64,000 nucleotides of DNA. Origin: Balanoglossus misakiensis (Eukaryota > Animalia > Hemichordata). A model generated the notes under the pieces. The model saw only the letters and a program-made list of their open reading frames with translations, did not search any database and was not told where the DNA came from. A program made the translations under genes and the position numbers. The first letter of the stretch is position 1. Every line of letters starts with the position of its first letter. Positions 23,801-37,000 of this stretch are shown here, piece by piece. The stretch lies in contig CM082592.2 of assembly GCA_040954595.2 (NCBI GenBank), positions 12,310,376-12,374,375 of the forward strand. The letters are read 5' to 3'.

Positions 23801-26800
23801 GTTACGACAGGAAATCGCCGGCAACTTGGCCCAGATTCACCGCGCCGTTACGACAGGAAGTCGCCGGCAACTTGGCCCAGATTCACCGCGCCGTTACGAC
23901 AGGAAGTCGCTGGCAACTTGGCCCATAATCACCGCGCCGTTACCACCGGAAGTCGCCGGCAACTTTGCCCAGATTCACCGCGCCGTTACGACCGGAAGTC
24001 GCCGGCAACTTTGCCCAGATTCACCGCGCCGTTACGACAGGAAATCGCCGGCAACTTGGCCCAGATTCACCGTGCCGTTACGACCGGAAGTCGCCGCAAC
24101 TTGGCCCGGATTAACAGGAAGTCTCCGGCAACTTGGCCCAGATTCACCGCGCCGTTACCACAGGAAGTCGCCGGCAACTTGGCCCAGATTCACCACGCCT
24201 TTACGACCGGAAGTCGCCGGCAACTTGGCCCAGATTCACCGCGCCGTTATGGCCGAAAGTCGCCAGAAACTTCGCCCGGATTCACCGCGCCGTTACGACC
24301 GGAAGTCGCCGCAACTTGGCCCGGATTCACCGCGCCGTTACCACCGGAAGTCGACGGCAACTTGGCCCAGATTCACCGCGCCGTTACGACCGGAAGTCGC
24401 CGGCAACTTGGCCCAGATTCACCGCGCCGTTATGACCGAAAGTCGCCAGAAACTTGGCCCAGATTCGCCGCGCCGTTATGACCGAAAGTCGCCGGCAACT
24501 TCGCCCGGATTCACCGCGCCTAACCCTAACCCTAACCCTAACCCTAACCCTAACCCCAGGAAATCGCTGGCAACTTGGCCCAGATTCACCGCGCCGTTAC
24601 GACAGGAAGTCGCTGGCAACTTGGCCCATAATCACCGCGCCGTTACCACCGGAAGTCGCCGGCAACTTGGCCCAGATTCACCGCGCCGTTACCACAGGAA
24701 GTTGCCGGCAACTTGGCCCAGATTCACCGTGCCGTTACGACCGGAAGTCGCCGCAACTTGGCCCGGATTAACAGGAAGTCTCCGGCAACTTGGCCCAGAT
24801 TCACCGCGCCGTTACCACAGGAAGTCGCCGGCAACTTGGCCCAGATTCACCACGCCTTTACGACCGGAAGTCGCCGGCAACTTGGCCCAGATTCACCGCG
24901 CCGTTATGACCGAAAGTCGCCAGAAACTTCGCCCGGATTCACCGCGCTGTTACGACCGGAAGTCGCCGCAACTTGGCCCGGATTCACCGCGCCGTTACCA
25001 CCGGAAGTCGACGGCAACTTGGCCCAGATTCACCGCGCCGTTACGACCGGAAGTCGCCGGCAACTTTGCCCAGATTCACCGCGCCGTTACGACAGGAAGT
25101 CGCCGGCAACTTGGCCTAGTTTCACCGCGCCGTTACCACAGGAAGTTGCCGGCAACTTGGCCCAGATTCACCGTGCCGTTACGACCGGAAGTCGCCGCAA
25201 CTTGGCCCGGATTAACAGGAAGTCTCCGGCAACTTGGCCCAGATTCACCGCGCCGTTACCACAGGAAGTCGCCGGCAACTTGGCCCAGATTCACCACGCC
25301 TTTACGACCGGAAGTCGCCGGCAACTTGGCCCAGATTCACCGCGCCGTTATGGCCGAAAGTCGCCAGAAACTTCGCCCGGATTCACCGCGCCGTTACGAC
25401 CGGAAGTCGCCGCAACTTGGCCCGGATTCACCGCGCCGTTACCACCGGAAGTCGATGGCAACTTGGCCCAGATTCACCGCGCTGTTACGACCGGAAGTCG
25501 CCGGCAACTTTGCCCAGATTCACCGCGCCGTTACGACAGGAAGTCGCCGGCAACTTGGCCTAGTTTCACCGCGCCGATACCACCGGAAGGCGCCGGCAAC
25601 TTGGCCCGGATTCACAGGAAGTCACCATCAACTTGGCCCAGATTCACCGCGCCGTTACCACAGGAAATCGCCGGCAACTTGGCCCAGATTCACCGCGCCG
25701 TTACGACAGGAAGTCGCCGGCAACTTGGCCCAGATTCACCGCGCCGTTACCACCGGAAGTCGCCGGCAACTTGGCCCGGATTCACAGGAAGTCGCCATCA
25801 ACTTGGCCCAGATTCACCGCGCCGTTACGACAGGAAGTCGCCGGCAACTTGGCCCAGATTCACCACGCCGTTACGACCGGAAGTCGCCGCAACTTGGCCC
25901 GGATTCACAGGAAGTCGCCATCAACTTGGCCCAGATTCACCGCGCCGTTACCACAGGAAGTCGCCGGCAACTTGGCCCAGATTCACCACGCCATTACGAC
26001 CGGAAGTCGCCGGCAACTTGGCCCAGATTCACCGCGCCGTTATGACCGAAAGTCGCCAGAAACTTGGCCCAGATTCGCCGCGCCGTTATGACCGAAAGTC
26101 GCCGGCAACTTCGCCCGGATTCACCGCGCCTAACCCTAACCCTAACCCTAACCCTAACCCTAACCCTAACCCTAACCCCAGGAAATCGCTGGCAACTTGG
26201 CCCAGATTCACCGCGCCGTTACGACAGGAAGTCGCCGGCAACTTGGCCCAGATTCACCGCGCCGTTACGACAGGAAGTCGCTGGCAACTTGGCCCATAAT
26301 CACCGCGCCGTTACCACCGGAAGTCGCCGGCAACTTGGCCCAGATTCACCGTGCCGTTACGACCGGAAGTCGCCGCAACTTGGCCCGGATTAACAGGAAG
26401 TCTCCGGCAACTTGGCCCAGATTCACCACGCCTTTACGACCGGAAGTCGCCGGCAACTTGGCCCAGATTCACCGCGCCGTTATGACCGAAAGTCGCCAGA
26501 AACTTCGCCCGGATTCACCGCGCCGTTACAACCAGGAGTTGCCGCAACTTGGCCCGGATTCATCGCGCCGTTACCACCAGAAGTCGACGGCAACTTGGCC
26601 CAGATTCACCGCGCCGTTACGACCGGAAGTCGCCGGCAACTTTGCCCAGATTCACCGCGCCGTTACGACAGGAAATCGCCGGCAACTTGGCCCAGATTCA
26701 CCGCGCCGTTACGACCGGAAGTCGCCGCAACTTGGCCCGGATTAACAGGAAGTCTCCGGCAACTTGGCCCTGATTCACCGCGCCGTTACCACAGGAAGTC

Positions 26801-29800
26801 GCCGGCAACTTGGCCCAGATTCACCACGCCTTTACGACCGGAAGTCGCCGGCAACTTGGCCCAGATTCACCGCGCCGTTATGGCCGAAAGTCGCCAGAAA
26901 CTTCGCCCGGATTCACCGCGCCGTTACGACCGGAAGTCGCCGCAACTTGGCCCGGATTCACCGCGCCGTTACCACCGGAAGTCGACGGCAACTTGGCCCA
27001 GATTCACCGCGCCGTTACGACCGGAAGTCGCCGGCAACTTTGCCCAGATTCACCGCGCCGTTACGACAGGAAGTCGCCGGCAACTTGGCCTAGTTTCACC
27101 GCGCCGATACCACCGGAAGGCGCCGGCAACTTGGCCCGGATTCACAGGAAGTCACCATCAACTTGGCCCAGATTCACCGCGCCATTACCACAGGAAATCG
27201 CCGGCAACTTGGCCCAGATTCACCGCGCCGTTACGACAGGAAGTCGCCGGCAACTTGGCCCAGATTCACCGCGCCATTACCACCGGAAGTCGCCGGCAAC
27301 TTGGCCCGGATTCACAGGAAGTCGCCATCAACTTGGCCCAGATTCACCGCGCCGTTACGACAGGAAGTCGCCGGCAACTTGGCCCAGATTCACCACGCCG
27401 TTACGACCGGAAGTCGCCGCAACTTGGCCCGGATTCACAGGAAGTCGCCATCAACTTGGCCCAGATTCACCGCGCCGTTACCACAGGAAGTCGCCGGCAA
27501 CTTGGCCCAGATTCACCACGCCATTACGACCGGAAGTCGCCGGCAACTTGGCCCAGATTCACCGCGCCGTTATGACCGAAAGTAGCCAGAAACTTGGCCC
27601 AGATTCGCCGCGCCGTTATGACCGAAAGTCGCCGGCAACTTCGCCCGGATTCACCGCGCCTAACCCTAACCCTAACCCTAACCCTAACCCTAACCCTAAC
27701 CCTAACCCTAACCCCAGGAAATCGCTGGCAACTTGGCCCAGATTCACCGCGCGGTTACGACAGGAAGTCGCCGGCAACTTGGCCCAGATTCACCGCGCCG
27801 TTACGACAGGAAGTCGCTGGCAACTTGGCCCAGATTCACCGTGCCGTTACGACCGGAAGTCGCCGCAACTTGGCCCGGATTAACAGGAAGTCTCCGGCAA
27901 CTTGGCCCAGATTCACCGCGCCGTTACCACAGGAAGTCGCCGGCAACTTGGCCCAGATTCACCACGCCTTTACGACCGGAAGTCGCCGGCAACTTGGCCC
28001 AGATTCACCGCGCCGTTATGACCGAAAGTCGCCAGAAACTTCGCCCGGATTCACCGCGCCGTTACGACAGGAAGTCGCCGGCAACTTGGCCCAGATTCAC
28101 CACGCCATTACGACCGGAAGTCACCGGCAACTTGGCCCAGATTCACCGCGCCGATACCACCGGAAGGCGCCGGCAACTTGGCCCGGATTCACAGGAAGTC
28201 ACCATCAACTTGGCCCAGATTCACCGCGCCGTTACCACAGGAAATCGCCGGCAACTTGGCCCAGATTCACCGCGCCGTTACGACAGGAAGTCGCCGGCAA
28301 CTTGGCCCAGATTCACCGCGCCGTTACCACCGGAAGTCGCCGGCAACTTGGCCCGGATTCACAGGAAGTCGCCATCAACTTGGCCCAGATTCACCGCGCC
28401 GTTACGACAGGAAGTCGCCGGCAACTTGGCCCAGATTCACCACGCCGTTACGACCGGAAGTCGCCGCAACTTGGCCCGGATTCACAGGAAGTCGCCATCA
28501 ACTTGGCCCAGATTCACCGCGCCGTTACCACAGGAAGTCGCCGGCAACTTGGCCCAGATTCACCACGCCATTACGACCGGAAGTCGCCGGCAACTTGGCC
28601 CAGATTCAACGCGCCGTTATGACCGAAAGTCGCCAGAAACTTCGCCCGGATTCACCGCGCCGTTACGACCGGAAGTCGCCGCAACTTGGCCCGGATTCAC
28701 CGCGCCGTTACCACCGGAAGTCGACGGCAACTTGGCCCAGATTCACCGCGCCGTTACGACCGGAAGTCGCCGGCAACTTTGCCCAGATTCACCACGCCGT
28801 TACGACAGGAAGTCGCCGGCAACTTGGCCTAGTTTCACCGCGCCGATACCACCGGAAGGCGCCGGCAACTTGGCCCGGATTCACAGGAAGTCACCATCAA
28901 CTTGGCCCAGATTCACCGCGCCGTTACCACAGGAAATCGCCGGCAACTTGGCCTAGATTCACCGCGCCGTTACGACCGGAAGTCGCCGCAACTTTGCCCG
29001 GATTCACAGGAAGTCGCCATCAACTTGGCCCAGATTCACCCCGCCGTTACCACAGGAAGTCGCCGGCAACTTGGCCCAGATTCACCACGCCATTACGACC
29101 GAAAGTCGCCGGCAACTTGGCCTAGTTTCACCGCGCCGATACCACCGGAAGGCGCCGGCAACTTGGCCCGGATTCACAGGAAGTCACCATCAACTTGGCC
29201 CAGATTCACCGCGCCGTTACCACTGGAAGTCGCCGGCAACTTGGCCCGGATTCACAGGAAGTCGCCATCAACTTGGCCCAGATTCACCGCGCCGTTACGA
29301 CAGGAAGTCGCCGGCAACTTGGCCCAGATTCACCACGCCGTTACGACCGGAAGTCGCCGCAACTTGGCCCGGATTCACAGGAAGTCGCCATCAACTTGGC
29401 CCAGATTCACCGCGCCGTTACCACAGGAAGTCGCCGGCAACTTGGCCCAGATTCACCACGCCATTACGACCGGAAGTCGCCGGCAACTTGGCCCAGATTC
29501 ACCGCGCCGTTATGACCGAAAGTCGCCAGAAACTTGGCCCAGATTCGCCGCGCCGTTATGACCGAAAGTCGCCGGCAACTTCGCCCGGATTCACCGCGCC
29601 TAACCCTAACCCTAACCCTAACCCTAACCCTAACCCTAACCCTAACCCCAGGAAATCGCTGGCAACTTGGCCCAGATTCACCGCGCCGTTACGACAGGAA
29701 GTCGCCGGCAACTTGGCCCAGATTCACCGCGCCGTTACGACAGGAAGTCGCTGGCAACTTGGCCCATAATCACCGCGCCGTTACCACCGGAAGTCGCCGG

Positions 29801-31009
29801 CAACTTGGCCCAGATTCACCGTGCCGTTACGACCGGAAGTCGCCGCAACTTGGCCCGGATTAACAGGAAGTCTCCGGCAACTTGGCCCAGATTCACCACG
29901 CCTTTACGACCGGAAGTCGCCGGCAACTTGGCCCAGATTCACCGCGCCGTTATGACCGAAAGTCGCCAGAAACTTCGCCCGGATTCACCGCGCCGTTACA
30001 ACCAGGAGTTGCCGCAACTTGGCCCGGATTCATCGCGCCGTTACCACCAGAAGTCGACGGCAACTTGGCCCAGATTCACCGCGCCGTTACGACCGGAAGT
30101 CGCCGGCAACTTTGCCCAGATTCACCGCGCCGTTACGACAGGAAATCGCCGGCAACTTGGCCCAGATTCACCGCGCCGTTACGACCGGAAGTCGCCGCAA
30201 CTTGGCCCGGATTAACAGGAAGTCTCCGGCAACTTGGCCCAGATTCACCGCGCCGTTACCACAGGAAGTCGCCGGCAACTTGGCCCAGATTCACCACGCC
30301 TTTACGACCGGAAGTCGCCGGCAACTTGGCCCAGATTCACCGCGCCGTTATGGCCGAAAGTCGCCAGAAACTTCGCCCGGATTCACCGCGCCGTTACGAC
30401 CGGAAGTCACCGCAACTTGGCCCGGATTCACCGCGCCGTTACCACCGGAAGTCGACGGCAACTTGGCCCAGATTCACCGCGCCGTTACGACCGGAAGTCG
30501 CCGGCAACTTTGCCCAGATTCACCGCGCCGTTACGACAGGAAGTCGCCGGCAACTTGGCCTAGTTTCACCGCGCCGATACCACCGGAAGGCGCCGGCAAC
30601 TTGGCCCGGATTCAAAGGAAGTCACCATCAACTTGGCCCAGATTCACCGCGCCATTACCACAGGAAATCGCCGGCAACTTGGCCCAGATTCACGGCGCCG
30701 TTACGACCGGAAGTCGCCGCAACTTGGCCCGGATTCACAGGAAGTCGCCATCAACTTGGCCCAGATTCACCGCGCCGTTACCACAGGAAGTCGCCGGCAA
30801 CTTGGCCCAGATTCACCACGCCATTACGACCGGAAGTCGCCGGCAACTTGGCCCAGATTCACCGCGCCGTTATGACCGAAAGTCGCCAGAAACTTGGCCC
30901 AGATTCGCCGCGCCGTTATGACCGAAAGTCGCCGGCAACTTCGCCCGGATTCACCGCGCCTAACCCTAACCCTAACCCTAACCCTAACCCTAACCCTAAC
31001 CCTAACCCC
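14892..31009 (-). repeat. 14 short (CCCTAA)6-10 telomeric blocks embedded in the satellite, starting at ~14892, 15751, 16335, 17578, 18162, 19719, 21014, 22257, 23443, 24519, 26129, 27659, 29599, 30959
   Basis: Each sits in the context ttcgcccggattcaccgcg-cctaac...-aggaaatcg. Confidence 0.95.
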
Positions 31010-34000
31010 AGGAAATCGCTGGCAACTTGGCCCAGATTCACCGCGCCGTTACGACAGGAAGTCGCCGGCAACTTGGCCCAGATTCACCGCGCCGTTACGA
31101 CAGGAAGTCGCTGGCAACTTGGCCCAGATTCACCGTGCCGTTACGACCGGAAGTCGCCGCAACTTGGCCCGGATTAACAGGAAGTCTCCGGCAACTTGGC
31201 CCAGATTCACCGCGCCGTTACCACAGGAAGTCGCCGGCAACTTGGCCCAGATTCACCACGCCTTTACGACCGGAAGTCGCCGGCAACTTGGCCCAGATTC
31301 ACCGCGCCGTTATGACCGAAAGTCGCCAGAAACTTCGCCCGGATTCACCGCGCCGTTACGACAGGAAGTCGCCGGCAACTTGGCCCAGATTCACCACGCC
31401 ATTACGACCGGAAGTCACCGGCAACTTGGCCCAGATTCACCGCGCCGATACCACCGGAAGGCGCCGGCAACTTGGCCCGGATTCACAGGAAGTCACCATC
31501 AACTTGGCCCAGATTCACCGCGCCGTTACCACAGGAAATCGCCGGCAACTTGGCCCAGATTCACCGCGTCGTTACGACAGGAAGTCGCCGGCAACTTGGC
31601 CCGGATTCACCGCGCCGTTACCACCGGAAGTCGCCGGCAACTTGGCCCGGATTCACAGGAAGTCGCCATCAACTTGGCCCAGATTCACCGCGCCGTTACG
31701 ACAGGAAGTCGCCGGCAACTTGGCCCAGATTCACCACGCCGTTACGACCGGAAGTCGCCGCAACTTGGCCCGGATTCACAGGAAGTCGCCATCAACTTGG
31801 CCCAGATTCACCGCGCCGTTACCACAGGAAGTCGCCGGCAACTTGGCCCAGATTCACCACGCCATTACGACCGGAAGTCGCCGGCAACTTGGCCCAGATT
31901 CACCGCGCCGTTATGACCGAAAGTCGCCAGAAACTTCGCCCGGATTCACCGCGCCGTTACGACCGGAAGTCGCCGCAACTTGGCCCGGATTCACCGCGCC
32001 GTTACCACCGGAAGTCGACGGCAACTTGGCCCAGATTCACCGCGCCGTTACGACCGGAAGTCGCCGGCAACTTTGCCCAGATTCACCACGCCGTTACGAC
32101 AGGAAGTCGCCGGCAACTTGGCCTAGTTTCACCGCGCCGATACCACCGGAAGGCGCCGGCAACTTGGCCCGGATTCACAGGAAGTCACCATCAACTTGGC
32201 CCAGATTCACCGCGCCGTTACCACAGGAAATCGCCGGCAACTTGGCCCAGATTCACCGCGCCGTTACGACCGGAAGTCGCCGCAACTTTGCCCGGATTCA
32301 CAGGAAGTCGCCATCAACTTGGCCCAGATTCACCCCGCCGTTACCACAGGAAGTCGCCGGCAACTTGGCCCAGATTCACCACGCCATTACGACCGAAAGT
32401 CGCCGGCAACTTGGCCTAGTTTCACCGCGCCGATACCACCGGAAGGCGCCGGCAACTTGGCCCGGATTCACAGGAAGTCACCATCAACTTGGCCCAGATT
32501 CACCGCGCCGTTACCACAGGAAATCGCCGGCAACTTGGCCCAGATTCACGGCGCCGTTACGACCGGAAGTCGCCGCAACTTGGCCCGGATTCACAGGAAG
32601 TCGCCATCAACTTGGCCCAGATTCACCGCGCCGTTACCACAGGAAGTCGCCGGCAACTTGGCCCAGATTCACCACGCCATTACGACCGGAAGTCGCCGGC
32701 AACTTGGCCCAGATTCACCGCGCCGTTATGACCGAAAGTCGCCGGCAATTTTGCCCAGATTCACCGCGCCGTTACGACAGGAAGTCGCCGGCAACTTGGC
32801 CTAGTTTCACCGCGCCGTTATGACCGAAAGTCGCCGGCAACTTCGCCCGGATTCACCGCGCCGTTACGACCGGAAGTCGCCGCAACTTGGCCCGGATTCA
32901 CCGCGCCGTTACCACCGGAAGTCGACGGTAACTTGGCCCAGATTCACCGCGCCGTTACGACAGGAAGTCGCCGGCAACTTGGCCTAGTTTCACCGCGCCG
33001 TTACCACCGGAAGTCGCCGGCAACTTGGCCCGGATTCAAAGGAAGTCGCCATCAACTTGGCCCAGATTCACCGCGCCGTTACCACAGGAAATCGCCGGCA
33101 ACTTGGCCCAGATTCACCGCGCCGTTACGACAGGAAGTCGCCGGCAACTTGGCCCAGATTCACCGCGCCGTTACCACAGGAAATCGCCGGCAACTTGGCC
33201 CAGATTCACCGCGCCGTTACCACAGGAAATCGCCGGCAACTTGGCCCAGATTCACCGCGCCGTTACGACCGGAAGTCGCCGCAACTTTGCCCGGGTTCAC
33301 AGGAAGTCGCCATCAACTTGGCCCAGATTCACCGCGCCGTTACGACAGGAAGTCGCCGGCAACTTGGCCCATAATCACCGCGCCGTTACCACCGGAAGTC
33401 GCCGGCAACTTGTCCCAGATTCACCGCGCCGTTACCACAGGAAGTTGCCGGCAACTTGGCCCAGATTCACCGTGCCGTTACGACCGGAAGTCGCCGCAAC
33501 TTGGCCCGGATTAACAGGAAGTCTCCGGCAACTTGGCCCAGATTCACCGCGCCGTTACCACAGGAAGTCGCCGGCAACTTGGCCCAGATTCACCACGCCT
33601 TTACGACCGGAAGTCGCCGGCAACTTGGCCCAGATTCACCGCGCCGTTATGACCGAAAGTCGCCAGAAACTTCGCCCGGATTCACCGCGCCGTTACGACC
33701 GGAAGTCGCCGCAACTTGGCCCGGATTCACCGCGCCGTTACCACCGGAAGTCGACGGCAACTTGGCCCAGATTCACCGCGCCGTTACCACCGGAAGTCGC
33801 CGGCAACTTTGCCCAGATTCACCGCGCCGTTACGACAGGAAGTCGCCGGCAACTTGGCCTAGTTTCACCGCGCCGATACCACCGGAAGGCGCCGGCAACT
33901 TGGCCCGGATTCACAGGAAGTCACCATCAACTTGGCCCAGATTCACCGCGCCGTTACCACAGGAAATCGCCGGCAACTTGGCCCAGATTCACCGCGCCGT

Positions 34001-37000
34001 TACCACCGGAAGTCGCCGGCAACTTGGCCCAGATTCACCGCGCCGTTATGACCGAAAGTCGCCAGAAACTTGGCCCAGATTCGCCGCGCCGTTATGACCG
34101 AAAGTCGCCGGCAACTTGGCCTAGTTTCACCGCGCCAATACCACCGGAAGGCGCCGGCAACTTGGCCCGGATTCACAGGAAGTCACCATCAACTTGGCCC
34201 AGATTCACCGCGCCGTTACCACAGGAAATCGCCGGCAACTTGGCCCAGATTCACCGCGCCGTTACCACAGGAAATCGCCGGCAACTTGGCCCAGATTCAC
34301 CGCGCCGTTACCACAGGAAATCGCCGGCAACTTGGCCCAGATTCACCGCGCCGTTACGACCGGAAGTCGCCGCAACTTTGCCCGGATTCACAGGAAGTCG
34401 CCATCAACTTGGCCCAGATTCACCGCGCCGTTACGACAGGAAGTCGCCGGCAACTTGGCCCAGATTCACCGCGCCGTTACGACAGGAAGTCGCCGGCAAC
34501 TTGGCCCATAATCACCGCGCCGTTACCACCGGAAGTCGCCGGCAACTTGGCCCAGATTCACCGCGCCGTTACCACAGGAAGTTGCCGGCAACTTGGCCCA
34601 GATTCACCGTGCCGTTACGACCGGAAGTCGCCGCAACTTGGCCCGGATTAACAGGAAGTCTCCGGCAACTTGGCCCAGATTCACCGCGGCGTTACCACAG
34701 GAAGTCGCCGGCAACTTGGCCCAGATTTACCACGCCATTACGACCGGAAGTCGCCGGCAACTTGGCCCAGATTCACCGCGCCGTTATGACCGAAAGTCGC
34801 CAGAAACTTGGCCCAGATTCGCCGCGCCGTTATGACCGAAAGTCGCCGGCAACTTGGCCTAGTTTCACCGCGCCGATACCACCGGAAGGCGCCGGCAACT
34901 TGGCCCGGATTCACAGGAAGTCACCATCAACTTGGCCCAGATTCACCGCGCCGTTACCACAGGAAATCGCCGGCAACTTGGCTCAGATTCACCGCGCCGT
35001 TACCACCGGAAGTCGCCGCAACTTGGCCCGGATTAACAGGAAGTCTCCGGCAACTTGGCCCAGATTCACAGCGCCGTTACCACAGGAAGTCGCCGGCAAC
35101 TTGGCCCAGATTCACCACGCCATTACGACCGGAAGTCGCCGGCAACTTGGCCCAGATTCACCGCGCCGTTATGACCGAAAGTCGCCAGAAACTTGGCCCA
35201 GATTCGCCGCGCCGTTATGACCGAAAGTCGCCGGCAACTTGGCCTAGTTTCACCGCGCCGATACCACCGGAAGGCGCCGGCAACTTGGCCCGGATTCACA
35301 GGAAGTCACCATCAACTTGGCCCAGATTCACCGCGCCGTTACCACAGGAAATCGCCGGCAACTTGGCCCAGATTCACCGCGCCGTTACCACAGGAAATCG
35401 CCGGCAACTTGGCCCAGATTCACCGCGCCGTTACGACCGGAAGTCGCCGCAACTTTGCCCGGATTCACAGGAAGTCGCCATCAACTTGGCCCAGATTCAC
35501 CGCGCCGTTACGACAGGAAGTCGCCGGCAACTTGGCCCAGATTCACCGCGCCGTTACGACAGGAAGTCGCCGGCAACTTGGCCCATAATCACCGCGCCGT
35601 TACCACCGGAAGTCGCCGGCAACTTGGCCCAGATTCACCGCGCCGTTACCACAGGAAGTTGCCGGCAACTTGGCCCAGATTCACCGTGCCGTTATGACCG
35701 AAAGTCGCCAGAAACTTGGCCCAGATTCGCCGCGCCGTTATGACCGAAAGTCGCCGGCAACTTGGCCTAGTTTCACCGCGCCGATACCACCGGAAGGCGC
35801 CGGCAACTTGGCCCGGATTCACAGGAAGTCACCATCAACTTGGCCCAGATTCACCGCGCCGTTACCACAGGAAATCGCCGGCAACTTGGCCCAGATTCAC
35901 CGCGCCGTTACCACAGGAAATCGCCGGCAACTTGGCCCAGATTCACCGCGCCGTTACGACCGGAAGTCGCCGCAACTTTGCCCGGGTTCACAGGAAGTCG
36001 CCATCAACTTGGCCCAGATTCACCGCGCCGTTACGACAGGAAGTCGCCGGCAACTTGGCCCATAATCACCGCGCCGTTACCACCGGAAGTCGCCGGCAAC
36101 TTGGCCCAGATTCACCGCGCCGTTACCACAGGAAGTTGCCGGCAACTTGGCCCAGATTCACCGTGCCGTTACGACCGGAAGTCGCCGCAACTTGGCCCGG
36201 ATTAACAGGAAGTCTCCGGCAACTTGGCCCAGATTCACCGCGCCGTTACCACAGGAAATCGCCGGCAACTTGGCCCAGATTCACCGCGCCGTTACCACAG
36301 GAAATCGCCGGCAACTTGGCCCAGATTCACCGCGCCGTTACCACAGGAAGTCGCCGGCAACTTGGCCCAGATTCACCACGCCTTTACGACCGGAAGTCGC
36401 CGGCAACTTGGCCCAGATTCACCGCGCCGTTATGACCGAAAGTCGCCAGAAACTTCGCCCGGATTCACCGCGCCGTTACGACCGGAAGTCGCCGCAACTT
36501 GGCCCGGATTCACCGCGCCGTTACCACCGGAAGTCGACGGCAACTTGGCCCAGATTCACCGCGCCGTTACCACCGGAAGTCGCCGGCAACTTTGCCCAGA
36601 TTCACCGCGCCGTTACGACAGGAAGTCGCCGGCAACTTGGCCTAGTTTCACCGCGCCGATACCACCGGAAGGCGCCGGCAACTTGGCCCGGATTCACAGG
36701 AAGTCACCATCAACTTGGCCCAGATTCACCGCGCCGTTACCACAGGAAATCGCCGGCAACTTGGCCCAGATTCACCGCGCCGTTACCACCGGAAGTCGCC
36801 GGCAACTTGGCCCAGATTCACCGCGCCGTTATGACCGAAAGTCGCCGGCAACTTGGCCTAGTTTCACCGCGCCGATACCACCGGAAGGCGCCGGCAACTT
36901 GGCCCGGATTCACAGGAAGTCACCATCAACTTGGCCCAGATTCACCGCGCCGTTACCACAGGAAATCGCCGGCAACTTGGCCCAGATTCACCGCGCCGTT

